Assembly: GCA_963693365.1 (NCBI GenBank)
Contig: CAVNZM010000001.1
Coordinates: forward strand, 1,114,054 to 1,178,053
Reading direction: 5' to 3'
Length of the DNA stretch: 64,000 nucleotides
Origin: Amoebidium appalachense
Lineage: Eukaryota; Protista; Ichthyosporea
Below are positions 21,901 to 34,137 of this stretch, piece by piece. Position numbers and translations under genes: made by a program. The notes below the pieces were generated by a model. That model was not told where the DNA came from and ran no database searches. It saw only the letters and a program-made list of their open reading frames with translations. How positions within the stretch are numbered: the stretch's first letter is position 1; each line of letters begins with the position of its first letter.

Positions 21901-24315
21901 GGGGGGAGGGGGGTGGGGTGGGGGTGCTTGTGTTTTTTGGGGAGGGGTTTCCCCAATACTCAGGTGCCGCTCGTGAAGGATCCCCGTGATATGGGCCCAA
22001 TAGTTGTGGAGCTGCTTTCCCCCTAGCCTGTAAAGTTTGGCTGGGGGTGCTTGCAGGGGTGGGTAGGGTAGGCCTGTCACGTGTTGCTGCTGCCAGGCTC
22101 GGTACCGGACCACGTCCCCTGCTGGTCCTGGTGTTTCCAGCAGGGCACACAGCTCCGTAACCATGGTGCTGGCTGCTGATTCGACGATGCTGGCCAGTCC
22201 CCCTAGAGTGGGATGGTGTAGCAGCCCGGACGGGGTGCTCCGGTGGAAACCACACTTCCGACGGAGTAGGTCTCTCCACTTGCTGTCGATTGCCTGCATG
22301 GTGGTGTTGCTGATGACTGACCCTTTGAGGAGGAAGAGGATGGCCGGGGCCACCACACTGTTGGCTACGTAGATCACTTGGCTGGGTGCCAGCATTTTAC
22401 GGGCTAGTATGGTGGTGGCCCGTAATGTCAGCTGCATGGCCTTCCCATCGTTGGGCCGGGTGTGTCGTTGGAGGGTGATGTTGACCCCTAACACTCTGAT
22501 GTTTGCATCGGGGAGCTCGATCTGAATGGGTAGGGGTGGTGCTCCCGGGGATTTGCGGTACTGCATGGGGGCCACTGTTGCCCGTGTTGGGGTACCACGG
22601 GCGAGGACTGAAAACTTGTCTGGGTGTGGTTCCAAGTCATGGTAATAAAAAAAGGGGGCAGATAAATGGAGAGTTTGCTGGATGCTCTCCTTGTTGGGGC
22701 CAAACCATGTTGTGTCGTCGGCGAAGGCTACAGACGTCACACACGGGGGTGTTTGTGCCGGTGTGTGGTGCTGTGTCTGTGGGGGTAGGTGGAAAGTGTA
22801 CCCCTTGCCGTGCCTTTTGATGGCTGTTAAAACTGGATCGTAGAAAATAATCCACAGAATGGGGGAGAGGACAGCCCCTTGGGCCAGGCCGTTTTCAACA
22901 GGGAAAGACTCAGTGTGCCCCTGGTCTGTGCACACCGTGGCCGTACGACTGTGCCACATGTGCCGGAGGAGGGTGATTAGCTGGGGGTCTGTGCCCAGGC
23001 GGGTGAGCCCCAGTTCCACCGAGGGCCAAGACACCGTGTCATATGCCCTCTTAATGTCCTGTTGGACGATCCATAGTTCCTGGTCGTGGTCTATGGCATC
23101 CTCTATCGTCTCTCGGATGATAGCCAGCGCCCCGTCGATACCCGGGCCCGGCACGAACCCAAAATTCCCCCCCGGGAGGAGGGTGGGGTACTGCCGGAAG
23201 ATCGAGAGTAGGCGCTGGTTGATGACCGATTCTAGCAGCTTCCGTGCCGTTTCCAAGAGTGCTATCGGATGGGTTTTGTCGAAGTCACCTTCCCATTCCC
23301 CTTTCGGTAGGGGATGGATGGTGTGGTGCAGCCATGACCTCGGTGTGGTCCCCGTGGCCAGACATCCGTTGATGATATGTAGGAGCCATGCTAGCCCCTT
23401 TGGCCCCAGGTGTTGGAAGTATTCGTACTGGATTTCCGTTGGGCCGGGGGCCTTCCCCCCTGTCGGCTTTGGACGATCTGTTGGAGCTCGTCGTGGGTGG
23501 CCGGGTGCATTATAGACCCTAATGGGGAGTCTTCGGGGGGGATCGGTCGATAGATGTCGGCCCACATTGGGTCGGCGAGCATCTCCTCGATGTGTGGGTT
23601 CCTGCGGGCCGTCCACCGGTGATAAGTTTCACGAATGACGGGCTCCGTGTCAGCCCACTCCGTGAGGTACTCAGTGCTCGTTGGGGTGACGTGCTTGACT
23701 AACGTAGCCGAGACGTTCACACTCCCCCGGTCTAAAATGCTGCTTAGTGCTCGCCGGAGTTCGTCCACCATACGCTTGCACCGTGCTTCTGCTGCTGCTG
23801 TTGCCCGTAACCAAAGGAGTTTTTGCCGTTTCCTTCGGAGTTGGGACCTGTATAGTTGTAGTTGCTCCCGCATGGTTGCCTCCCACTCCTCCCACTGCCT
23901 CCCTGTGTGAGACAGGTGGGCTGCTGGGGGGGTGGGGTGCTGCTGCAGGGTGGGTGACCCGTGCCGTGCCTGCTGGCCAGGGTTGCACTCTGCTGCTGTG
24001 GGCCGTTGCGGCTGCGTGGGTGTGGTCTGTAGCTGTTGGTTGCCCGTGGGTGGCCCTGGCAGGGTCTGCAGGCGGGGTGGCCCCTGCTTTGGCTGCCGGT
24101 GTGGGCTGCCTGCTTGGGCTTCAGCCTGCGGCTGCTGCTGCTGGCTTGGTTGCTCCTGTTGGTGCTGTCGGCTGGGTGGCCCGTGCTGGGCCTGCCGGCC
24201 GGGGCTGCAATCTGCTGCTGCATGCAGCTGCTGCAGTGTGGGTGTGATTTGTTGCTGCTGGCCGGGTAGCCCATGCAGGGCCTGCAGGCTGGGCGGCCCC
24301 TGCTGTGGCTGCCGG
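18907..24315 (-). mobile_element. 5'-truncated LINE (family 1) with RT, RNase H and CCHC domains
   Basis: TSD GCCATCGAATACGCT at 18892-18906 and 24316-24330; poly(T) tail at the left; 3' 2 kb nearly identical to 13071-15033. Confidence 0.92.
19216..24315 (-). pseudogene. Frameshifted LINE ORF2 (reverse transcriptase, RNase H, zinc knuckle)
   Basis: ORF pieces 23391-24320, 21565-23616 (HPIALLE, QDIKRAYD, GLAQGAVLSP, FADD, VLGV), 20834-22279, 20142-21161 (RNase H) and 19216-20136 (CCHC). Frameshifts lie mostly in C/G runs. Confidence 0.88.
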
Positions 24316-24385
24316 GCCATCGAATACGCTCACGTTGCCCTTTCAAGAGGCCTGTAGAAGCACCGTAGTTTTTGAAGTGGGGAAG

Positions 24386-27300
24386 ATGACCAAGGGCGTG
24401 GGCAGTAAGGCTTCGAGCAAGTCAACCACAAACAACGGTAGCCGCAAAAGCCCCCGAAAGGCCAGTCAGGGCAGAGTAGCAACGCCGGCAGCAAAGGGGG
24501 CAGTAAAGTGGTTGTGCCCGGTAAGGGTACTGGGGGTACTGGCCTGAAGGCACCGAAGCCACAGGTGAAGGTACGCAGCAAGGCTGAGCAGAATGCCCAG
24601 CGCATCATGCAGGGCATTGACACGACACCTGCATCCTACCGGCCGCGCAAAAAAGGTGAGGGGTGCTTACTGTTAGTGTTTGTGACGTACTTGGGTGCCC
24701 ATATAAGTAGCAGTGTGAAAGCTTTTCCTGTTCAGTTTACCGTTGTTGCCATACAGCACACATCTACTGTATTTCAACATCATCTCATTCTGAGATCATG
24801 TTAACCAGTTTGTGACAGTCCACTTGCGAAACATTATGGCTTCACGTAGAGTGTTAGTGGCTCTTGCCGCGCTACACGCAGCGGAGGCAAAAGGGGAAGG
24901 TGTTGCAGTGTCACGTTCGTTTACGTCACCCATTCCTTTTCGCGAAGCAAGAAAGTTTTTGTTGCAAGATGACGTTTCAAAAACAGTCGTCAAGCACACT
25001 GTCGTGCCTGTATCTGAAACGTGGGCCGAACTCAGGCGCACCAAAGCTAGGTGCTCAATCACTAAGTGTGACGGGCACGAGGACGACAGTTTTTGGTTGT
25101 CAAAGATGGAACCAAGTGACCTAGTTGAGCTTTACGACAGGCTCATCGTAGCTGAGGGGGGCATGTATCTGTCAGATTCTCACGTCGATGGTGCACACAT
25201 CACAGACAGTCTTTATCCCGACCTCACATACTTCTGTAACCACACCCCCTTGGGTGTGCAACACTATGAAGAAGAGATGGAAGGGCTCAATCTGGCGCTT
25301 GCTTACGCTCAGGTGTCGGTAGTCGGCATAACACGTTTCGCTGGTCACGTAGAAGATGCGGGTCTCCCAGCAGCAAGCATTCTCGTTTGTGGTTACAAAG
25401 TTTGGTTCGTGCATCCACCATGGCAATACCCACGCATCCTCGAACTTGCCCGCCAAGGCATCCCTGGATTGGCATGCGAGAATCCTTTGCAGCACAAGTG
25501 TTTTCTTCCCCTCTCTGTTTCGTTTCTCATATCACAGGGACTAGCCCCTGAGGTTGTTGTTCAGGGCCCAGGAGACCTTATTCAAACTGTTAAAATTGTA
25601 TAAATATTTGGGATGAAAGCAGAGACACAGTGGTGCAGTGTGAAAACACCACAGACACACACAACAACAAAACACGGAACGATCGGAGCAGTGTACACAA
25701 CAGACATCAATGTTTAGACACGACTGAACTGAATTTATTCTGATCTTCGAATAAATACCTGAAATTCCTCTAAGTCCAATCCATACATGATTTCCGACCA
25801 GTCGGAAATCAGATCTATCTCTAATAGAAACCAATCACTAAGAACCAATTGCTTTCAGAGAGATCCGGTAGCGGAGACGCACACGATAGGACACAGACAC
25901 TAGTTAAGGTCAACTCGTGTCATCATCAAGGAAATTCTAACCTATGACATACTGCAAAGACTCAGACATATCACACTTAACCTTGATGATTGGTTAAAGC
26001 CCGGGAACACATGAAAACTAAAGTAAATTAATGAAGTCTAAACACACATGCTATTCTAAGTGTAGCCTAAGTGTGTTACCGTCCAATGAACACGTATTAA
26101 GTAACACAAATCTACCTAACATATATTAGTAGAAAAGAAATACGATTATACACATGAAGACAAGGAGAGAAAGAAAAGAAAATAAGGAAGGAGAAAGAGG
26201 AAGGAAAAGAGAGCACAGATCAACAAACAAGATAGTAATAGCATAACTATAACCAGAGATATTTACATACACACGAACATGTACACGTCTCTCCCTGAGT
26301 GGGTGGATCCGTGTACACACATATAAATATTCTAATCGATATTACAACACACGATTAAAGCCGATACAACACGATTACAAGTATACAAGCATATCGGAGA
26401 TCGATGCTACACTTTACATAATAGGAGTGTGGCATATACACTAAGCATATGAACTGAAACATAACACAAACTGATAAGATCTTACCACATGTAAATACTA
26501 GGTATTACAACAGTTGGTTCATGAACCAGTCCGCTTGGATGGGGGGGGGGGGGGGGGGGGGGGGAGGGGGTTGTCGTTTTATATATAATGACCGCCTTTA
26601 CTATTTTTATTTTATCCCGTTTCACTCCCAGCGAGGCACTGCCTCAGGGGAGCTTACCGTCTTCCGCCTAGACACAGATCGTACTGTATAGCACACTCAT
26701 AAGTCTGACCCCAACTGGCACTATTTTTAGTTACGCCTTATCCCACGGTTCTAGCCGCAGCAACGCTAGTGGGGAAGTGAGCACAGCTCACTTTAACAAC
26801 ACCAGCCGGGAGCGACTGGATCCGTGTACACACATATAAATATTCTAATCGATATTACAATACACGATTAGAGCCGATACAACACGATTACAAGTATACA
26901 AGCATATCGGAGATCGATGCTACACTTTACATAATAGGAGTGTGGCATATACACTAAGCATGTGAACTGAAACATAACACAAACTGAGAAGATCTTACCA
27001 TATGTAGATACTACGTATTACAACATCCCCACTTAAGACTTTGAAGTTTGTGTTATCATATCCCCACTGAACTAGTGAAATCTCCCCACTTGAGAACAGA
27101 AACGGAAAAAAAAAAAAAATTAAAGTGTGTACTTTTCGGCGGGGGGGGGGGGGGGGGGGAAGAAGGGGGGGAGGGGGGGAAGGGGGGGGGAAAGGGGGGG
27201 GGGGGAGGGGGGGGGGAAGGGGGGGGGGGGGGGGAACCGGGGCAAAAACAACGAATATGTATAACGTGTATAGTCGGGGTTGGATTAACTGGGTTTTAAA

Positions 27301-30300
27301 CCAGTGAAAGATAGAGTAGAGTGATGGTACAGGTCAAACCTTATATATAAACCCTAAGTGGGCATACCCAGAAAGGCAGTATACATATGAAATAATGATT
27401 ATGATAAAGTAAGTAGTAAACATTAGAAAATCACTCTTGAAGTAGGACGGGTCAATCCACAATATCCGGCAGACAAAGTTTAGCACGATGGTTGACATGA
27501 CTCGGGCCGGGGAGGGGTTTGGTGAGGATGTCAGCTAAGTTGTGGGCTGATTCAACGTAGTGGACAACCACATCCCCACTTGCAATGTAGTCCTTGGTGT
27601 TGTGATACCGGACGGCAATGTGTTTGGTACGGTGCTTGATGCCGGTGGAGTTGACGATGGCAATGGTCGACTGGTTGTCACAGTACACCGGAGTCGGAGC
27701 AAGCATGGGGCAGCCGAGTTCCTTGAAGAGGTCACGGACCCAAGCAACTTCTTGGGTGCCAGCATTGAGAGCAATCAGCTCAGCTTCAGTGGTGCTGGTG
27801 GCCGTGATGGGCTGGAGACTTGGAGTACCAGATGATGGGCATACCAGCAAACTCGATGATGTAGCCGGAGGTAGACTTCTTGCTGTCGGCACAACCAGCA
27901 AAGTCAGCATCCGTGTAGCATTCGAGTATGGGGGGCTGGGTGGCCGAGTACTTGTAGTCAATGCCAAGGTCAATGGTACCGAGCAGGTACCAGGCCACAC
28001 GAGGAGAAGGTCCCAGTGAGTCTTGCCGGGGTTGGTGCTGAACCGACCAAGGAAGCCGATGGCATAGGCAATGTCGGGACGTGTGCACCGTGCCACCCAG
28101 AGGAGACGGCCGAGTAACTCACGGTAGGGCACGGTGAACGGTTGGGGGGGGCAGTCAGCCAGGGAGACGGTGGTGCCTGCAGGGATGGGGGTAGACTTGG
28201 ACTTGGCATCGGTGAGGTTGAAGTCGTGGATGATATCCATGATGTAAGACCTCTGGTGCATGTGGAGGTGATGGGGATCAGAGTGATTAAAATCAACACC
28301 GAGCATACGGTCAAATGGACTCATACGACAGCTGGCCATCTTGCTGATGTGGGCAGCCAGGTCACTGGCAGCAGTAGAACCCCGGGTGTTGGTGATGGTG
28401 GAGTCGTCGACGTAGTTACCAGCCCGAACCACATCGTTGTTGGGGAAGAACCGGGGGTAGATGCACGGATCGGTCTTAGTACGGGTCAGGCCATGGGCAA
28501 GAAGAATGCCGTCGAGGAAGTCGTACCAAGCCTTGGAGGCTTGCTTGAGGCCGTACAGGGCTTTCTTGAGTCTCCAGACCTTGCCAAGTGTGGCCATGGT
28601 GATGAATCCCGGGGGTTGTTTCATGTAGATGGTCTCGGTGAGTGGGCTGTTGAGAAAGGCCGTAGACACGTCGAGTTGATGGATGTCATGACCTTCAACA
28701 ACGGCCAGAGCTAGGATAGCACGGAGAGCAGCCGGACGGATGACAGGGCTCTCAATCAACTCATAGTCAACACCGTATTGCTGACTGAAGCCTTGAGCAA
28801 CACCACGTGCCTTGATCTTGGTGTCACCAGCCGAGTTGAGAGTTTTCTCGGAGACAATCCACTTGAAGCCGACGATGTTAGCACCAGGGGGAGGGTCAAC
28901 AAGTTCAAAGATGTCTTTGTCGACGAAGGCTTGATACTCAGCAGTGAGGGCTGACTTGACCTGGTCACCATTGGGTCCGGAACACAGTTGACGGACAAGT
29001 TTGGGTAGTTGGTCGATGTTGATGGGGGGACCGGGGGGAACTGGGAGGGTGGTGGTGGCTTGAAATCCAACATTGCCCTGTAGACGGGCAGAACGACGGG
29101 GTGCAGGAACCGGGGGAGGTGGAGACGGGGGGGGGGGAACTTGGAAGTTCGGAATTGCAGGGGGGGGCAACCTCCGGGCTGGACGGGGCCGAGTGGAAGT
29201 TGTCGGGGGAGCCGGGTCGGATGGGTGTGACGTTGCCAGGGGCAGGATGAGGGTCGGCAGGCTGGACGGGCACGGGGGCAGGGGGGCCGGTGGGGGGGGG
29301 TGTCGGGGGAACGACGATGGCAGGAGGGGGGCCAGAGTACACCAGACAAACATCATCTTCAGTGTCAACTGTGGGGGGTGGGGTGGTCGAGGTAGCAGTG
29401 GTGTCGGGGGTCAGAAGTGTTGATGGAATGTCGGACGGGAGATAAGCTGATTCGTCGAAAATCACATCACGGAAGAGGCCGACACGATGGGTGGTGGGAT
29501 TGAAGATCCGGTGGCAGTGTGATGGAAGATCATAGCCGTTATACATGCCGAGTTTGACGGTGGGGGCCAGCTTGTTCCGTTTAGAGGCTGGCACATGAGT
29601 GTAGGCAGGGCAACCGAACACCTTGAGCTCGGAGATGTCGGGCTTGACACCGTAGAAAACCTCGAATGGTGTACGACCATTGGCAGTCGTGGACGGGGTG
29701 ACGTTGATGATGTAAGCGGCATGTTGGAGGGCCTCAGCCCACAGTTTGGGGGACAGAGACTGATCTTGGACTTGATGGAGGAGGCAACGAACAATCTCTT
29801 GGAGGAACCGCATACGACGTTCAACATAGCCGTTCAGTTGAGGGCAGTCCACCGGAGCATAGCTGGCCTTGATGCCCTGGGAGAGGCAAAAAGCACGGGT
29901 AGCCTTGGAGGTGAACTCAGAGCCGGAGTCGAAGTGGTAGACACCAACTTTGGAGGGGGCATGGGTAGCAACGAGGTTGGTGTGAGCTGTGAGAATGTCC
30001 AGGGTGGTTGTACGGTCGGCCATCGGGTAGATCTTGACGAGTCCAGAGGCACGGCAGACAGTGACGAGAGCAACCTTGGAACCTCCGTACGATGTTGTGG
30101 TAGGCTCAAAAAAATCCCAATGCCATTCATGACCGGGGATGTTGGAGTGAGGACGGTCACCCTTGAACGGAGCCTTGGTGGTTTTACCCATAATGCAGCC
30201 ATGACAATCAGGAACATCACAGTCGAGGACAGACGAGGGGAGACCAATGACAAGGTCGTGTTTCACCATGTCCTTGATGCTGGTCATAGCACGGTGCCCC

Positions 30301-33300
30301 AGACGATGGTGCCAGATGGATGGGTTAACACTGGTAGTGGCAGCCAGAGCCACAGGACGAGTGGGTGGTTGAATGGTGTAGTCCTTGAAGTAATACAGAC
30401 CGTTGTGTAGACGGAGGTTGACGAGATGACGGCCGGTGAGTCGGTCGAAGAGGAATGACGGAGTGGAGGCATCATTCAAATCACCCTTGATGTATTCGGC
30501 AGCAGCTTGGGATGTTGAAATGAGGAAGGCTTGGCCAGACGGGGTGTAGTAGGCTTCAATGGTAAGGGTGGCAGTCCCATGGTCGGTGGTGGTGTTGATG
30601 ACGATATGGCCGGTGTGAGTGGCCAAGACGGGGGTGCCATTGAAGGCAGCAACGGGAGTCGGTGTCGGAAGGGGAGTGAGGTCATGGAAGAACTCACGGG
30701 TGGGGCAGACATTCATGTTGCACCCGGAATCCCAGGCAGGGTCGGAGGACACGGGGACGGAGCTAACATTGTATGCCGAGAAAGCAAAGGAGACAGATTT
30801 CTCACTGCCTTGACGGGAACGGTTGTGTCTGGACATACGGCATTTCGGCTCAGGGCAATCGATGATCGTGTGATCAGGCTCGTGGCAGTAGGAGCATGCT
30901 TTCACGGACGGGGTGTTAGAACGAGCCGGGGAATCAGAACGACGGGAACCCGAGAAACGGGAACGACTGGGGGAACGAGACGTGGACCGGAAGGCAGGCC
31001 GGTGGGGGGAACGGGATCGGGTGTGCTGACGGGAGAGACGAGTTCGGAGGTCCGTGCCAGGGGTACGGTCAAGTCGGTTGCGTAAGTCACTGCGAGGAAG
31101 ATCACGGGGGGGAGCACTGGCATTTAATGCCATGCTGGACTTGGAGACACGGTGGGTACGGTTGCTCCGGAGTTGCATCTTGAGGTCTTGACGTAACTCG
31201 ATGCCCTTGACGTGGTTGTGGAGGGACTCGAAGTCGGGGAATAGCTTATCACCGAAGTGATAGTCTTCGATAAGACGGTTGAACTCAGGGGTGAGGTCGT
31301 CTCTGGTGGTGAGTTCATTGAAGAACTTCTCAGCGAGACGAGTGAAGTGAATGGACTCATCTTGGAGGGACTGGAGCTGGTTCACGATGGTCTGCAGACG
31401 ACTCAGGTAGGTGGTGAATGATTCACCGGGCTGAAGGGCACAGGCATTCCACTGACGGTGAAGGATGCGGATCTGATCGGGTTTGCCTTGGAGGTAGTGT
31501 TGACGGAATTTCCACATGGCCCGTTCAGGGTCCATGCCAATACGGTACTGGGCAACGGTGGTGAGGACGGAAGGGTCGATGTTCTGTATCATATGGAGCA
31601 GGAGGCAATTGCGGGCCTCCTTGAGTTCCGCGGTAGTGCCGTAGCCATAGAAGGGGGGTTCACCGTCAACCGCGACGGTGGTAGGGGGAACGTAGTTGTC
31701 AGCAAGTACAACATCCACGAGTCGGACACCTTTAGTGCCGGTCATCATGCCGAGAAAAATGATTTCCCATTGAAAATAGGTGGTTTTGCTATCGGGACCA
31801 GTCTTCCCTTCACCTTTCCACATGGTTATTTTGTTTACACCAGTTTTGTTTGGATCCATGATTGAAAAACGAGCGCTAGTTCTAGATGTGTGTAGGGAGC
31901 GTGCAAAAGGGCTGCATAACCTGTTAAAATTGTATAAATATTTGGGATGAAAGCAGAGACACAGTGGTGCAGTGTGAAAACACCACAGACACACACAACA
32001 ACAAAACACGGAACGATCGGAGTAGTGTACACAACAGACATCAATGTTTAGACACGACTGAACTGAATTTATTCTGATCTTCGAATAAATACCTGAAATT
32101 CCTCTAAGTCCAATCCATACATGATTTCCGACCAGTCGGAAATCAGATCTATCTCTAATAGAAACCAATCACTAAGAACCAATTGCTTTCAGAGAGATCC
32201 GGTACGCGGAGACGCACACGATAGGACACAGACACTAGTTAAGGTCAACTCGTGTCATCATCAAGGAAATTCTAACCTATGACATACTGCAAAGACTCAG
32301 ACATATCACACTTAACCTTGATGATTGGTTAAAGCCCGGCAACACATGAAAACTAAAGTAAATTAATGAAGTCTAAACACACATGCTATTCTAAGTGTAG
32401 CCTAAGTGTGTTACCGTCCAATGAACACGTATTAAGTAACACAAATCTACCTAACATATATTAGTAGAAAAGAAATACGATTATACACATGAAGACAAGG
32501 AGAGAAAGAAAAGAAAATAAGGAAGGAGAAAGAGAAAGGAAAAGAGAGCACAGATCAACAAACAAGATAGTAATAGCATAACTATAACCAGAGATATTTA
32601 TGTACACACGAACATGTACACGTCTCTCCCTGAGTGGGTGGATCCGTGTACACACATATAAATATTCTAATCGATATTACAATACACGATTAGAGCCGAT
32701 ACAACACGATTACAAGTATACAAGCATATCGGAGATCGATGCTACACTTTACATAATAGGAGTGTGGCATATACACTAAGCATATGAACTGAAACATAAC
32801 ACAAACTGAGAAGATCTTACCATATGTAGATACTACGTATTACAACACAAACAACACCGCTTGCACTGCACTATGGGTTTCAGTGCGGGCCAAACGTATC
32901 GTTTGCGGTGAACACTGCCACAAAGAAGTGGTTAAACCGCTTGGGAGAATACGAGGCGTGTAGCTGCTGGGAGCATTTCATGCCCGACGTCCCAAAGATG
33001 ATTCGTGCGTTTCACTCAGTTCAACAGCACAATTTGCCCGTTGCTTGTGGTGCATCCCCCCCCCCCCCCCCCCCTCCCCCCCCCCCCCCTTGTCCCGCCC
33101 GCACCAGCGCAACCACCTAGTGATAGGGTATTACGGCATGAAAAGTTTACGTTTTGACCTATAGTGTACACGCTGTGCACCACCGCAACCACTTAGTCAT
33201 ACCGTATTACGACATGAAAAGTTTAGGGGTCGACCCATAGTGTACACTGTGCTTCAAGTTATATTCAGTTTTTGTTTTGTACACTGTGCGTGTATATGTG

Positions 33301-34105
33301 TCCTTGCAGGTCATTTACAGTCTCGACTTATGCGATGATGGTGTGTGATTGGTGAATCTTTGTGTTTTTGCGTGCAATGTTTCATAAGCAACCCCTCACC
33401 CTCACAACATAGATCCTCCTCCTGAGCCGGACTTCGGCAGCAACAGTTCGGAGAGCGACTATGCGCCCGGGGGAAGCGAGTCGGAGGAGTCGGAGGAGTC
33501 TGAGGAGACGACCCCCAAGGGCGACAACAAGAAGTCCCGCCCCAAGAAGCAGGGCCCGCCGGCGGACGATGCGGTCCTCAGCGACCCCCTGAGGATGACC
33601 TATTACAGGGTCATCCACTCCGAAAGGTATGTGTGTGTGTTTGTTATGTGAATCATGTTGTTGTTATGTATAATATGGTGTTGGTAATGTGTTTTGTGTT
33701 AACAATGTGTGTGTTTGTTATGTGAATCATGTTGTTGTTATGCCAATATGGTGTTGGTAATGTGTTTTGTGTTAACAATGTGTGTGTTTGTTATGTGAAT
33801 CATGTTGTTGTTATGCCAATATGGTGTTGGTAATGTGTTTTGTGTTAACACTGTATTAATCTGCCGGCATTTGGTATGGTATGGTTTGGTGAGGTAGTGC
33901 CCCCCTGTATTGTCAAGTTGGGCTGTCCTTTTTGGCCTCATACACATACACACAGCTCTTGTTACTCTTCTGTCAAGGGATTAGCATATGTCTAGTTTAG
34001 TGAGGTTGGGAGCTTCTTAGAAATCCGTATATTAGTTCGCTTGTTTTGACTTTTGTTTATGTTCGCTTGCTGCTCTTTTATACTCCTTTTCTTTCCCCCT
34101 GCCCC

Positions 34106-34137
<32 letters not shown>

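Noticed and set aside
24386-24560. Histone-tail mimic (SRKSPRKAS, GKGTGGTGLKAPK) at the N-terminus of the JmjC protein
   Set aside because: SRKSPRK is probably off-frame (frameshift near 24440), and the rest is generic Lys/Gly low complexity.
31860-32168. N-terminal extension of the 1067-aa ORF, and the many repeated short ORFs in LTRs
   Set aside because: LTR read-through from non-ATG starts; Gag begins at MDPNK (31859).
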